Source of the DNA: an uncultured Acidobacteriota bacterium
GTDB lineage: Bacteria > Acidobacteriota > Terriglobia > UBA7540
NCBI GenBank assembly: GCA_963804995.1
Contig: CAWDSK010000005.1
Span: 896,001-960,000, forward strand
DNA: 64,000 nucleotides
Direction: 5' to 3'
Shown: positions 31,940 to 41,176 of the stretch, piece after piece
How the letters are laid out: every line of letters starts with the position of its first letter
Position numbering within the stretch: position 1 is the first letter of the stretch
The notes under the pieces: generated by a model
What the model was told of the DNA's origin: nothing
What the model saw: the letters and a program-made list of their open reading frames with translations, nothing else
The model's database searches: none
Made by a program: the position numbers and the translations under genes

Positions 31940-32341
31940 ATGGCTCAGTCTTTTGAAGTTCCTGGTCCGGTCCGTGAGCTTGCCGCTCGGTTGGGTCAGT
32001 CCCAGCCCATGCGGCGCGGCTCCCTATCGGAGCGTTATGTGAAATGCGGCAAGCCGGGTTGTGGTTGCGCGGAGGATGCCAAGGCGCGGCACGGCCCTTA
32101 TTACAGTCTGACGCAGGCGGTGGGAGGGCAGACCCGCTCCCGCTTCTTGAACCCCGAGGAAGCGCAGCGGGCGCGAGAGCAGATCGAGACGGGCCAGCAG
32201 TTTCGGCGTCAGGTGGAGGCTTACTGGGCTGCCTGTGAGCAATGGGCGGATGCCCAGCTGGAAGCCCGGGAGGAAGAAGGGCAAGCCGAGGTTAAAAAAA
32301 ACCGCACTCGGCGAGGCTCTGGCGCACGACCTCACCGCTGA
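31940..32341 (+). CDS. IS accessory protein (DUF6788-like)
   Basis: RRGSLSERYVKCGKPGCGC...HGPYY motif; AAGGAGG RBS. Confidence 0.82.
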   Translation: MAQSFEVPGPVRELAARLGQSQPMRRGSLSERYVKCGKPGCGCAEDAKARHGPYYSLTQAVGGQTRSRFLNPEEAQRAREQIETGQQFRRQVEAYWAACEQWADAQLEAREEEGQAEVKKNRTRRGSGARPHR

Positions 32342-33647
32342 GATTGAGCGCCTGGTGGGTCGGGAAGCCACGGCGGCTCTGGACTTCGAGGCGGTGGAAA
32401 CGGCCGTACGCCGTCAGGCTTTGCGCTTCGCCGCGCGGGTGGTGGAGCAGCGGCTGAATGCCGACCACTCCGACTTTACCGGAGCCCGTCGGCCGTGTTC
32501 CTGCGGTCAGCCCGCGCGCTATGTAGACCGGCGGGCCAAGCCTTTCCAGACCGTGCTGGGCGAATTACGGCTGGAGCGCGCCTACTATTATTGTGCTGCC
32601 TGCCAGCGCGGGTTCTGTCCTCGTGACCAGCAGTGGGGAATGGAGGACACTTCTCTGTCCCCGGCGGTGACACGCATGGTGGGCACGGTGGGAGCCTTGG
32701 TGAGCTTTCAAGAAGGGCGTGAACTCCTCGGGGAATTGGCGGGCGTGGAAGTAAGTGCCAAGCAGGTGGAGCGTACGGCGGAGGCGCTGGGAGCGGAAGT
32801 CGCCGAGGATGAACGCCAACCGGTGGAGGCGGTGAGGGAAGGACCCTTGCCGCCCACCCTCTATCTCGGCCTGGATGGTACCGGCATTCCCATGCGCAAG
32901 GAGGAACTCACGGGGCGAGCGGGCAAGCAGCCGGATGGCTCCGCCCAAACCCGCGAGGTCAAGGTCTGCGCCATCTGGAGCGCGGAAGCGCGCGATGCCG
33001 AAGGCCGGCCCCGGCGTGATGCTGGCTCGGTCAGCTACTCGGCGGCCATCGAGACGGCGGCCTGCCGCGACACCGACTCCCAGATCGCAGCATTTACCCA
33101 GCGCGTCGAGCGTGAGGCGAAGCGTCGAGACTTCGGGCAAGCCTCTCGCCAAGTGGTGATCGGCGACGGGGCTCCCTGGATCTGGAACATCGCCGCGGAG
33201 GTGTTCCCGCAAGCCCTGCAAATCGTGGATCGTTACCACGTGAAGGAGCATTTGAGCCAAGTGGCCAAGGCCCTCTATGGGCAAGCGGAGGCATCCCATC
33301 GCTGGGCGCAACGTCGGCACCAAGAATTGGATGGCGGGCGTTGGCGGAGTCTGACGACGGCGCTGGCCCGCCATGCGGCCCGCTCACCGGAAGCCCGCAA
33401 CTGCCTTCAGTACTTGCAGCGCAACCGGCACCGCATGCGCTACGCGGAATTTCATGCCCAGCACCTGTGTACTTCCTCAGGGGTTCTGGAGGCGGGTTGC
33501 AGGGTCGTCGTGGGGTCGCGCCTAAAACGTTCGGGCATGCATTGGACCGTGCGCGGCTCCAATGCCATCATCGCTCTGCGGTGTTACAAACTCAGCGGTC
33601 GCTTCGAAGACTTCTGGGAACGCCGGGCGCACAGGGTGGGGGCGTGA
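32235..33647 (+). CDS. ISKra4-family DDE transposase (true start uncertain, may be fused to upstream ORF)
   Basis: CSCG/CAAC zinc motif, LDGTG (D), GDGAPWIW (D), DRYH, SSGVLEAGC (E), RLKRSGMHW. Confidence 0.9.
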   Translation: MSNGRMPSWKPGRKKGKPRLKKTALGEALAHDLTAEIERLVGREATAALDFEAVETAVRRQALRFAARVVEQRLNADHSDFTGARRPCSCGQPARYVDRRAKPFQTVLGELRLERAYYYCAACQRGFCPRDQQWGMEDTSLSPAVTRMVGTVGALVSFQEGRELLGELAGVEVSAKQVERTAEALGAEVAEDERQPVEAVREGPLPPTLYLGLDGTGIPMRKEELTGRAGKQPDGSAQTREVKVCAIWSAEARDAEGRPRRDAGSVSYSAAIETAACRDTDSQIAAFTQRVEREAKRRDFGQASRQVVIGDGAPWIWNIAAEVFPQALQIVDRYHVKEHLSQVAKALYGQAEASHRWAQRRHQELDGGRWRSLTTALARHAARSPEARNCLQYLQRNRHRMRYAEFHAQHLCTSSGVLEAGCRVVVGSRLKRSGMHWTVRGSNAIIALRCYKLSGRFEDFWERRAHRVGA

Positions 33648-33853
33648 GCCCGCTCACTCCTTCGTCGTGCACCCCTCCGCAATCGTCAAGTGGAAGGGAA
33701 GGAGGGATTCTGGTATTCTATTTACTTAACATCCAACGGCTGGATCAGGGCATCCTACATAGGCGTTATCAGGGCTTCGAAACTATTCGAACGCGCTAAC
33801 GCACGGAAGACGAGTCTCGCAGGAAGCGAACCGAGCGGTCAGTGGTCCCGTGC

Positions 33854-36112
33854 ATGTTTCAATTCTTTTTCAAGTACCCACGCCTGGTTTTCTCGCGAGG
33901 GGAATTCGTCCTGTTGAGCAGTTGGCCCAAGTGGCTTCTGGGCTTGCTTCTCCTCGCGACGACCGGCGCCCTGGCGGGGCTGATCCGTGCGCGTCTGCCC
34001 CAAGCGGCCCCCAGCGTGAAGAACTGGCGGGCAGCCGTGATCTGGCTTCTCCAGTCCTGCCTGGCTGCCCTCTTGCTCGTCTTGCTTTGGCAGCCCGCCA
34101 TCATCATTGCTCAGCTTGAGCCCCAGAAAAACATCATCGCAGTCTTGGTCGATGACTCCCGAAGCATGTCCACTTTGGAGGACGGCGCGACCCGCCTCGA
34201 CCGGGCCGTCAAAGTCCTACAGGGCGGCGTACTCGCGGAACTCCAGAAGCAGTTCCAGACTCGCCTCTATCGCCTCGACAGTCAGGTAACGCGGGTTGAG
34301 AGTTTGGGAGAATTGCAGGCCACGACCCCCGTGACGCGCATCGGCGCGGGCCTGAAGCAATTGACCGAGGAGACCACCGATTTACCCATCGGCGCCGTTG
34401 TCCTCTTGAGTGATGGGTCCGACAATTCCGGCGGCGTCGACCTCGACACTATCGCGGCTCTCCGTTCCCGGCGGATTCCCGTCCACACCGTCGGCTTCGG
34501 CCGCGAACAGATGGCGCAGGATGTGGAAATCGACGACGCGAGTGTGGCGCCCCGCGCGCTGGCCGACTCGCGCCTGGCGGCTACGGTCCGCTTCCACCAG
34601 CACGGCTACGCCGGGCGGAAGTCCACGCTCCGGGTTCACGATGGGGCGACGGCGCTGGCATCGCGGGGCATCACCTTTGCCGGTGATGGCGTCATCCAAA
34701 CCGAGGATCTGATGTTCAACGCCGGAAGCGCGGGAGCCAAGGATCTCCGCTTCTCCATTGACTTGCTTCCTGGCGAGGAAAATCCCTCGAATAACGCGGT
34801 AACGCGGTTGGTGAGTGTTGAATCCAGCCGGCGCCGCATCCTGTACGTGGAGGGTGAGCCGCGTTGGGAGTACAAGTTCATCCGGCGTGCGCAGTCGGAT
34901 GACCGCGTGGTGCAGTTGGTTTCTATGCTGCGCACGACGGAGAACAAAATCTACCGTCAGGGAATCGACGACCCTAAGGAACTGGCGCAGGGGTTTCCAG
35001 CTTCCGCCGAAGAGCTTTTCGCTTACCAGGGGTTGATAATCGGCTCGGTCGAAGCGGATTACTTCACGCCCGCCCAACGAGAGTTGATCCAGCAGTTCGT
35101 CGACCGTCGCGGCGGCGGTCTGCTGCTGCTCGGCGGCCGCTCGGCACTGGCGGATGGAGGCTGGGGAGCCTCCGGCCTGACCGATCTTCTTCCTGTTCTT
35201 CTGCCCAGCCGGAAGGGAACGTTCCACCGGGACCCTGCCACGGTCACGCTTGAGCTCGCCGGAGCTGATAGCATCATTTGCCGATTGATCGAAGACCCGA
35301 CGCGCAACCTGGCGCGCTGGAAGAAAGTTCCCTACCTCGCGGATTATCAGGATCCCGGCACACCCAAACCCGGCGCAGCGGTATTGGTTGAAATGAACGC
35401 GGGCGGGCGGAAGATGCCGTTGCTCATCACCCAGAATTACGGGCGCGGGCGCACGGCCATCCTGGCCACGGGCGGGACGTGGCGCTGGCAGATGACTCTG
35501 CCCTTGGAAGACCACACGCATGATGCCTTCTGGCAACAACTGTTGCGCTGGCTCGTTGCGGATACTCCGGGCCACGTCGTCGCCACCGTCCCCAACCAAA
35601 TGTTGTTTGACGAAGGGCGTGTGAAAATTTCGGCTGAGGTCCGCGACAAGGATTTCGCTCCCGCCCCTGACGCCCTGGCCCAGGCGCACATTTCGGGGCC
35701 AGGAGGCGCTGGCGCAACGCTTGACTTGGCCCCCGACCCGAACACGCCGGGCGTCTTCCAGGCCGATTGGACCGCGGACCGGCCCGGTTCGTACTCCGTC
35801 CTGGTAACCGCCAAGCGCGCGGATGCCGATCTCGGCAGCGACACCCTGACAATCGATCGCATGGACGGGGTCGCGGAGAACTTTCACCTCGCGCAGAATC
35901 GCGAACTCTTGGAAAGACTATCTCGTCAGACCGGGGGGCGGTACTGGCAGCCCCAGGAGCTTTCTCGCCTCGGCCGCGACATCCCCTATTCCGAGGCGGG
36001 TATCAGCTTTCGTCAAATTAAGGATTTGTGGAACATGCCGGCGGTCTTCCTGCTGATTTTAGTCTTGCGCTGCTCCGAATGGCTCTTGCGCCGGAGGTGG
36101 GGGATCGTGTGA
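33854..36112 (+). CDS. Membrane protein with vWA-like and class I glutamine amidotransferase-like domains
   Basis: N-terminal TMs, DDSRSMS MIDAS-like, LLSDG, RILYVEGEPRWEYKF, GGGLLLLGG, EWLLRRRWG C-terminus. Confidence 0.8.
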   Translation: MFQFFFKYPRLVFSRGEFVLLSSWPKWLLGLLLLATTGALAGLIRARLPQAAPSVKNWRAAVIWLLQSCLAALLLVLLWQPAIIIAQLEPQKNIIAVLVDDSRSMSTLEDGATRLDRAVKVLQGGVLAELQKQFQTRLYRLDSQVTRVESLGELQATTPVTRIGAGLKQLTEETTDLPIGAVVLLSDGSDNSGGVDLDTIAALRSRRIPVHTVGFGREQMAQDVEIDDASVAPRALADSRLAATVRFHQHGYAGRKSTLRVHDGATALASRGITFAGDGVIQTEDLMFNAGSAGAKDLRFSIDLLPGEENPSNNAVTRLVSVESSRRRILYVEGEPRWEYKFIRRAQSDDRVVQLVSMLRTTENKIYRQGIDDPKELAQGFPASAEELFAYQGLIIGSVEADYFTPAQRELIQQFVDRRGGGLLLLGGRSALADGGWGASGLTDLLPVLLPSRKGTFHRDPATVTLELAGADSIICRLIEDPTRNLARWKKVPYLADYQDPGTPKPGAAVLVEMNAGGRKMPLLITQNYGRGRTAILATGGTWRWQMTLPLEDHTHDAFWQQLLRWLVADTPGHVVATVPNQMLFDEGRVKISAEVRDKDFAPAPDALAQAHISGPGGAGATLDLAPDPNTPGVFQADWTADRPGSYSVLVTAKRADADLGSDTLTIDRMDGVAENFHLAQNRELLERLSRQTGGRYWQPQELSRLGRDIPYSEAGISFRQIKDLWNMPAVFLLILVLRCSEWLLRRRWGIV

Positions 36113-37050
36113 GAACTGCATCTTGGGGCTGGTCGCTCATACTCTTGTTTCTGTCCGTGCTTCCGGCGCAGGGGGCCGCATACTACCTCACCGTCGCGGG
36201 CCTGGGTGGCGAGCCGGAGTACGACAAACGCTTCACGGAGCTGGCCAACGATCTCGACAAGGTCTTCAAAACCTCGGGAGGCGATGTGCATGTCTATACG
36301 CTGACGGGCAAGGAGGCATCCCGCGCGCGCCTTACCGAAACCCTCGGCGTCATCGCGAGCCAGGCCAAGCCGGAGGATGACCTCGTCCTCATTCTCATCG
36401 GTCACGGCTCCTTCGACGGCATGGAGTACAAATTCAATCTCGTGGGCCCGGATATCTCCGCTGAGGAACTGGCGGGGCTTTGTGATCGCGTGCCAACCAA
36501 ACGCCAATTGATCGTTAACACCACGAGTGCGAGTGGCGGCTCCATTCCCGGCCTGCAGCGGGCGGGCCGAGCTGTCATTGCCGCCACCAAGTCGGGAACC
36601 GAAAAGAATGCCACCATCTTCTGCCGCTACTGGGTCGAAGCGCTGCATGACCCCGACGCGGATGTTGACAAAAACGAGGCGATCAGCGCCCTCGAGGCGT
36701 TCCAATATGCAGACCGCAAGACCGCGGCCTATTACGAATCGGAGAAGCGCCTGGCTACGGAACACGCGGTGTTCGAGGACACAGGCAAGAACGAAGCCGT
36801 GCGCCCGCCCTCCAGCGAAACCGGTGAGGGATTGTTGCTTTCGACTTTCACCTTGATTCGATTCGGCGCCGCCGACAAAGCCGCGCACGATCCGGCCAAG
36901 CGCGCCCTGCTCGCCAAGAAGGAGGAACTCGAACGGCAAATTGATACCTTGAAGTACCAGAAAGCCGCCATGACGGAGGACGATTACAAAAAGCAGCTCA
37001 CCGAGGCGCTCGTTGAGCTGGCGCGAATTCAGCAGGAGTTGGATAAGTGA
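36109..37050 (+). CDS. Secreted caspase/hemoglobinase-fold-like protein lacking catalytic Cys
   Basis: GTG overlapping upstream TGA; signal peptide; LILIGHGS and IVNTTSASG at the His/Cys positions; DVDKNEAIS; C-terminal coiled coil. Confidence 0.6.
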   Translation: MRTASWGWSLILLFLSVLPAQGAAYYLTVAGLGGEPEYDKRFTELANDLDKVFKTSGGDVHVYTLTGKEASRARLTETLGVIASQAKPEDDLVLILIGHGSFDGMEYKFNLVGPDISAEELAGLCDRVPTKRQLIVNTTSASGGSIPGLQRAGRAVIAATKSGTEKNATIFCRYWVEALHDPDADVDKNEAISALEAFQYADRKTAAYYESEKRLATEHAVFEDTGKNEAVRPPSSETGEGLLLSTFTLIRFGAADKAAHDPAKRALLAKKEELERQIDTLKYQKAAMTEDDYKKQLTEALVELARIQQELDK

Positions 37051-39254
37051 CGCGCTTAAACCCAATCCGGGCCTTCTGGGTGATCGGGATCGTGGGCGCG
37101 AGCCTCGCATGGGCCGCCACCCCGGACGATTGCCATGAGCTCCGCATGCACGGCCGCCAGGTTGAGGCGCGCGCCTGTTACGAATCGCTGACGGCGGCGC
37201 ACGATCCCTACCTCCGAGCCGAAGGTTTCTGGGGACTCGAAAGGTACCAGGAGGCCAACAATCACTTTCGTGATGCGGTGGCCCAGAACGATCGCAATGC
37301 CAATTACCGCGTTCGCTGGGGCCGCCTGATGCATGAGCGGTTCAATAACACCGAGGCTGAAAACCTATTTGAAGAAGCCCTGGAGCGAGACCCTAAGAAC
37401 GCCGCAGCCTATCTGGGCCTTGCTCTCGTCAGTGCGGATGGCTTCGATAGCAGGGCAGTGAAATGGGCGGCCAAAGCATTGGAACTTGATCCGAAGCTCC
37501 GGGAAGCCCATGAGTTAATGGCTAATCTTGCGCTCGAGAATTCGGACCCGGAAGAGGCCCTTCATCAGGCGGATGAGGCCCTCAAGCTTTCTCCCGACAC
37601 GCTCGACGCCTTGGCGATCCATGCGGCGGTTGAGGTGCTGGCGGATCGCTCACCCGACGCCTGGCTCGAGAAAATCCGCCGGGTCAATCCCTCCTATGGT
37701 CAGGGCTGCTCGATCGTCGCCCACCACCTGCTGCTGAACTACAGGTTTGAGGATGCCATTGCCTATTACCGTAAGGCGCTCGAACTCGACCCGCAGCTCT
37801 GGTCGGCTCGCTCCGCGCTCGGGGTCAACCTGATGCGTTTGGGGGAGGAGGACGAACCGCGCCGGCAGCTTGAGATGTGCTATGCCAACGGTTACCGGGA
37901 CGCGGCCACGGTGGACAGCCTTCGTCTACTGGATAGCTACAAGAACTATATTACCTTTCGGGATGAAACCACGATCCTGAAGCTGCACAAGAAAGAAGCT
38001 GAGCTGTTGCGCCCCTATTTTGAAGAGGAGTTGAAGCGCATCATCGCCACGTACGAGAAGAAATACCAGATGAAACTTCCGGGCCCCGTGCAGGTGGAAG
38101 TCTACCCTGACCACGAGGACTTCGCGGTTCGAACCATGGGAATGCCCGGGCTCGGCGCCCTGGGTGTGACCTTTGGTGAGGTCGTGGCTATGGACAGCCC
38201 CTCCGGCCGCAAGCCCGGCGACTTCAATTGGGGCAGCACGCTGTGGCACGAGATGAGCCACGTCTACATCCTCACGGCCACCCACCACCGCGTGCCGCGT
38301 TGGTTCACCGAGGGGCTGGCCGTCCACGAGGAGTCGGAAGGTTCTCCCGAATGGAGCAGCCGTGTGACCCCGGACATTCTCGTCGCCCTGCGCGACAAGA
38401 AATTGCTCCCCGTCGCGCAACTCGATCGCAGCTTTGTTCGCCCCGAATATCCCGGGCAGGTTCTGGTTTCCTATTTCCAGGCAGGCCGCATCTGCGATTA
38501 CATCCAGGGCCGTTGGGGTAACGACAAGCTTCTCGACATGGTGCATACGTTTGCCGAGCGCAAGACCACGCCCGAGGCCATTCAGCAAAACCTCGGCATG
38601 TCGCCGGAGGATTTCGATAAACAGTTTCAGGCGTGGCTTTACGGGGACCTTGGTAAGACTGCCGTGGGCTTCGATGACTGGCGCAAAAGCTTGAAGGCTC
38701 TGGCCGCGTCCGCCAAGGACGGCAATTACGTCCAGGTGCTGAGGGAAGGCGAGGAAGTTCGCCGCATGTATCCGCAGTATGTCGAGGGCGCCAACGCTTA
38801 TGAGTTCCTCGCCCAGGCCCAGCTCGCCAAGGGGAACAAGCAGGCCGCCGCCGCGGTGCTTACGGAGTATGAAAGAGCCGGAGGGCAGAGCCCGTCAACG
38901 CTTAAAGAGCTGGCCTCACTCGAAGAGGAGTTGGGCGAGCCCGCGGAAGCTGCTGCCACGCTGGACCGGATCAATTACATCTATCCGGTGGGCGACGAGG
39001 ACCTGCACCGCCACCTCGGCAGCCTTTGGCTTACGCAAAAGAATTACGCCGGCGCCATCCGCGAATGCGGCGCGGTAGTGGCTTTGCACCCTCTCGATGC
39101 AGCCTCCGCCCAATTCAGACTGGCCCAGGCCTATTTCGCCGCCGGCCAGCGCGACAAGGCGGAGGAACATGTGCTGGCGTCGCTCGAGGCCGCGCCCGGT
39201 TACCGGCCGGCGCAAAACTTATTGTTGGAACTTCAGGATTCAGCGAAAAGGTGA
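37047..39254 (+). CDS. TPR-repeat protein with peptidase MA (gluzincin)-like domain
   Basis: Signal peptide; TPR repeats (ALELDP...); HEMSH plus WFTEGLA zinc motif. Confidence 0.82.
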   Translation: MTRLNPIRAFWVIGIVGASLAWAATPDDCHELRMHGRQVEARACYESLTAAHDPYLRAEGFWGLERYQEANNHFRDAVAQNDRNANYRVRWGRLMHERFNNTEAENLFEEALERDPKNAAAYLGLALVSADGFDSRAVKWAAKALELDPKLREAHELMANLALENSDPEEALHQADEALKLSPDTLDALAIHAAVEVLADRSPDAWLEKIRRVNPSYGQGCSIVAHHLLLNYRFEDAIAYYRKALELDPQLWSARSALGVNLMRLGEEDEPRRQLEMCYANGYRDAATVDSLRLLDSYKNYITFRDETTILKLHKKEAELLRPYFEEELKRIIATYEKKYQMKLPGPVQVEVYPDHEDFAVRTMGMPGLGALGVTFGEVVAMDSPSGRKPGDFNWGSTLWHEMSHVYILTATHHRVPRWFTEGLAVHEESEGSPEWSSRVTPDILVALRDKKLLPVAQLDRSFVRPEYPGQVLVSYFQAGRICDYIQGRWGNDKLLDMVHTFAERKTTPEAIQQNLGMSPEDFDKQFQAWLYGDLGKTAVGFDDWRKSLKALAASAKDGNYVQVLREGEEVRRMYPQYVEGANAYEFLAQAQLAKGNKQAAAAVLTEYERAGGQSPSTLKELASLEEELGEPAEAAATLDRINYIYPVGDEDLHRHLGSLWLTQKNYAGAIRECGAVVALHPLDAASAQFRLAQAYFAAGQRDKAEEHVLASLEAAPGYRPAQNLLLELQDSAKR

Positions 39255-39257
39255 ATT

Positions 39258-40286
39258 ATGGCTACCTTCACTGAGATGCAACTGGACTCCACCCAATTGA
39301 AGAGCCGGATTGAGCGGTTCCAATTGGTGCGGGACAGAATTCTCACCCAGGTCCGGGAAGTTATCGTCGGGCAGGAAGAAGTTCTCGATCAGATTCTCAT
39401 AGGGCTCTTTGTGGGAGGCCATTGCCTTATCACCGGCCTGCCCGGCACGGCCAAGACCCTCATGGTCCGCACCATCGCCCAGACGCTGGGACTGGTCTTC
39501 AAGCGCATCCAGTTCACGCCGGACCTGATGCCATCGGATATAACCGGCACGGATATTATTGAGGAAGACCCGACCACCGGCCATCGGCGCTGGACATTCG
39601 TCCAGGGCCCCATCTTCGGTAATGTCGTGTTGGCTGATGAAATCAACCGCACGCCGCCCAAGACGCAGGCCGCCCTGCTCGAAGCCATGCAGGAACTTTC
39701 CTGCACGGTGCGCGGCAACCACTATCAGTTGCCCTTGCCCTTCTTTGTGCTGGCCACGCAGAACCCTATTGAACTCGAAGGGACGTACCCGCTGCCCGAA
39801 GCGCAGCTCGACCGTTTTCTGTTCAACACCCTCCTTGATTACCTGAGTCCGGAGGACGAGGCGAGGGTAATCGACCTGACCACCACCACGCGCGTGCCCA
39901 AGGTGGAGGCGGTTACCAATGCCGAGGAGATTCTCGATTTCCAGCACCTGGTGCGGATGGTGCCGATCGCCGACTCGCTGGCCCGCTACGTCGTCAGCCT
40001 GGTCCGCGCCACGCGCTCGAACAGCGGGACGGCGCCCGATTTCGTCAAGAAATACGTCAACTACGGGGCCAGCGTCCGCGCCGCGCAATTCATTGTGCTG
40101 GCGGCCAAGGCTCGTGCCCTGACGCATCGCCGCTACCACGTGACTTACGACGACATCACGGCGCTGGCCACGCCCGTCCTGCGCCACCGCATTCTTTTGA
40201 ATTTCCATGCGGAGTCGGACCGCATCGATTCTGACGAAATTCTCCGCCGCTTGCTTGAACATATGCCGCCACCGGCGGGAGGCTAA
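39258..40286 (+). CDS. moxR: MoxR-family AAA+ ATPase
   Basis: GLPGTAKT, RIQFTPDLMPSDITG, LADEINR, ATQNPIELEGTYPLPEAQLDRF. Confidence 0.95.
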   Translation: MATFTEMQLDSTQLKSRIERFQLVRDRILTQVREVIVGQEEVLDQILIGLFVGGHCLITGLPGTAKTLMVRTIAQTLGLVFKRIQFTPDLMPSDITGTDIIEEDPTTGHRRWTFVQGPIFGNVVLADEINRTPPKTQAALLEAMQELSCTVRGNHYQLPLPFFVLATQNPIELEGTYPLPEAQLDRFLFNTLLDYLSPEDEARVIDLTTTTRVPKVEAVTNAEEILDFQHLVRMVPIADSLARYVVSLVRATRSNSGTAPDFVKKYVNYGASVRAAQFIVLAAKARALTHRRYHVTYDDITALATPVLRHRILLNFHAESDRIDSDEILRRLLEHMPPPAGG

Positions 40287-40288
40287 CG

Positions 40289-41176
40289 GTGCAACGTTTC
40301 ATCGATCCGGAGGTGCTGGCCGGCATTTCCGGTCTGGACCTTATCGCCAAGACCGTGGTGGATGGATTCATCGCCGGCCTCCACCGCTCGCCAAACTTCG
40401 GCTTCAGCCAGGAGTTCGCCGAATACCGCGCCTACGCGCCCGGCGATGACGTGCGCCACATCGACTGGAATGTTTTTGCCCGCACCGAGCGCGCCTACCT
40501 GAAGCGTTATCGTGGTGAAACCAACACCCTGCTGACCGTGCTCCTCGACGCCAGTAACTCCATGAAATTTTCCTCGCATCGCGTCAGCAAGATGGACTAC
40601 GCGCGTTACACGGCGGCCGCGCTGTTCTATCTCACTACCCAAACTCAGCGCGATGCTGCCGGCCTGATCGTTTTCGACGATGAGCTCCGCAATTACATCC
40701 GGCCCTCCAACCGTCAAGGGCAGTTGCACCGGCTTTTGAGCGGCCTCGAGCACGCGGAGCCCCGCGCGCGCACCGACTACGCAAAACCCTTGGAGCACTT
40801 CCAGGAATTTCTGCGGCGGCGGGGCGTGGCTGTCATCATCTCTGACTTTTACGAAACTCCCGAGCGGATCATCCGGACGCTTGAACCCCTGCGTTTCCGC
40901 GGCAACGAGGTGGTCCTCTTTCATGTTCTCGATCCCCAGGAGGTTCGCCCGGAATTTCGCGGACCGACCACTTTGATCGACCTTGAGACCCAGGAGTCCT
41001 TGGAGGTCAGCCCCGAATATGCCCGGGAGGAGTACGCGCAGAAGATTGACACGCACATTGAGGCGCTGCGGGATGGCGCCCGGGGCTCAGGCATGGACTA
41101 CCATCTGCTGGTGACGGACCGCCCGCTGGACGACGCGCTGCGCGAGTACCTGGCGATTCGACAGGGGAGGGCGTAA
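40289..41176 (+). CDS. DUF58 domain-containing (vWA-like) protein
   Basis: GLHRSP, EFAEYRAYAPGDD, IDWN, LDASNSM, IISDF. Confidence 0.92.
   Translation: MQRFIDPEVLAGISGLDLIAKTVVDGFIAGLHRSPNFGFSQEFAEYRAYAPGDDVRHIDWNVFARTERAYLKRYRGETNTLLTVLLDASNSMKFSSHRVSKMDYARYTAAALFYLTTQTQRDAAGLIVFDDELRNYIRPSNRQGQLHRLLSGLEHAEPRARTDYAKPLEHFQEFLRRRGVAVIISDFYETPERIIRTLEPLRFRGNEVVLFHVLDPQEVRPEFRGPTTLIDLETQESLEVSPEYAREEYAQKIDTHIEALRDGARGSGMDYHLLVTDRPLDDALREYLAIRQGRA

Larger units (their letters stand above)
31854..33674 (+). mobile_element. ISKra4-family insertion sequence (1821 bp)
   Basis: Terminal IRs GGGTGCACG (9 perfect, 15/21 extended); 9-bp direct repeat CTCCGCAAT at 31845-31853 and 33675-33683; encloses accessory ORF and DDE transposase. 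Confidence 0.92.
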
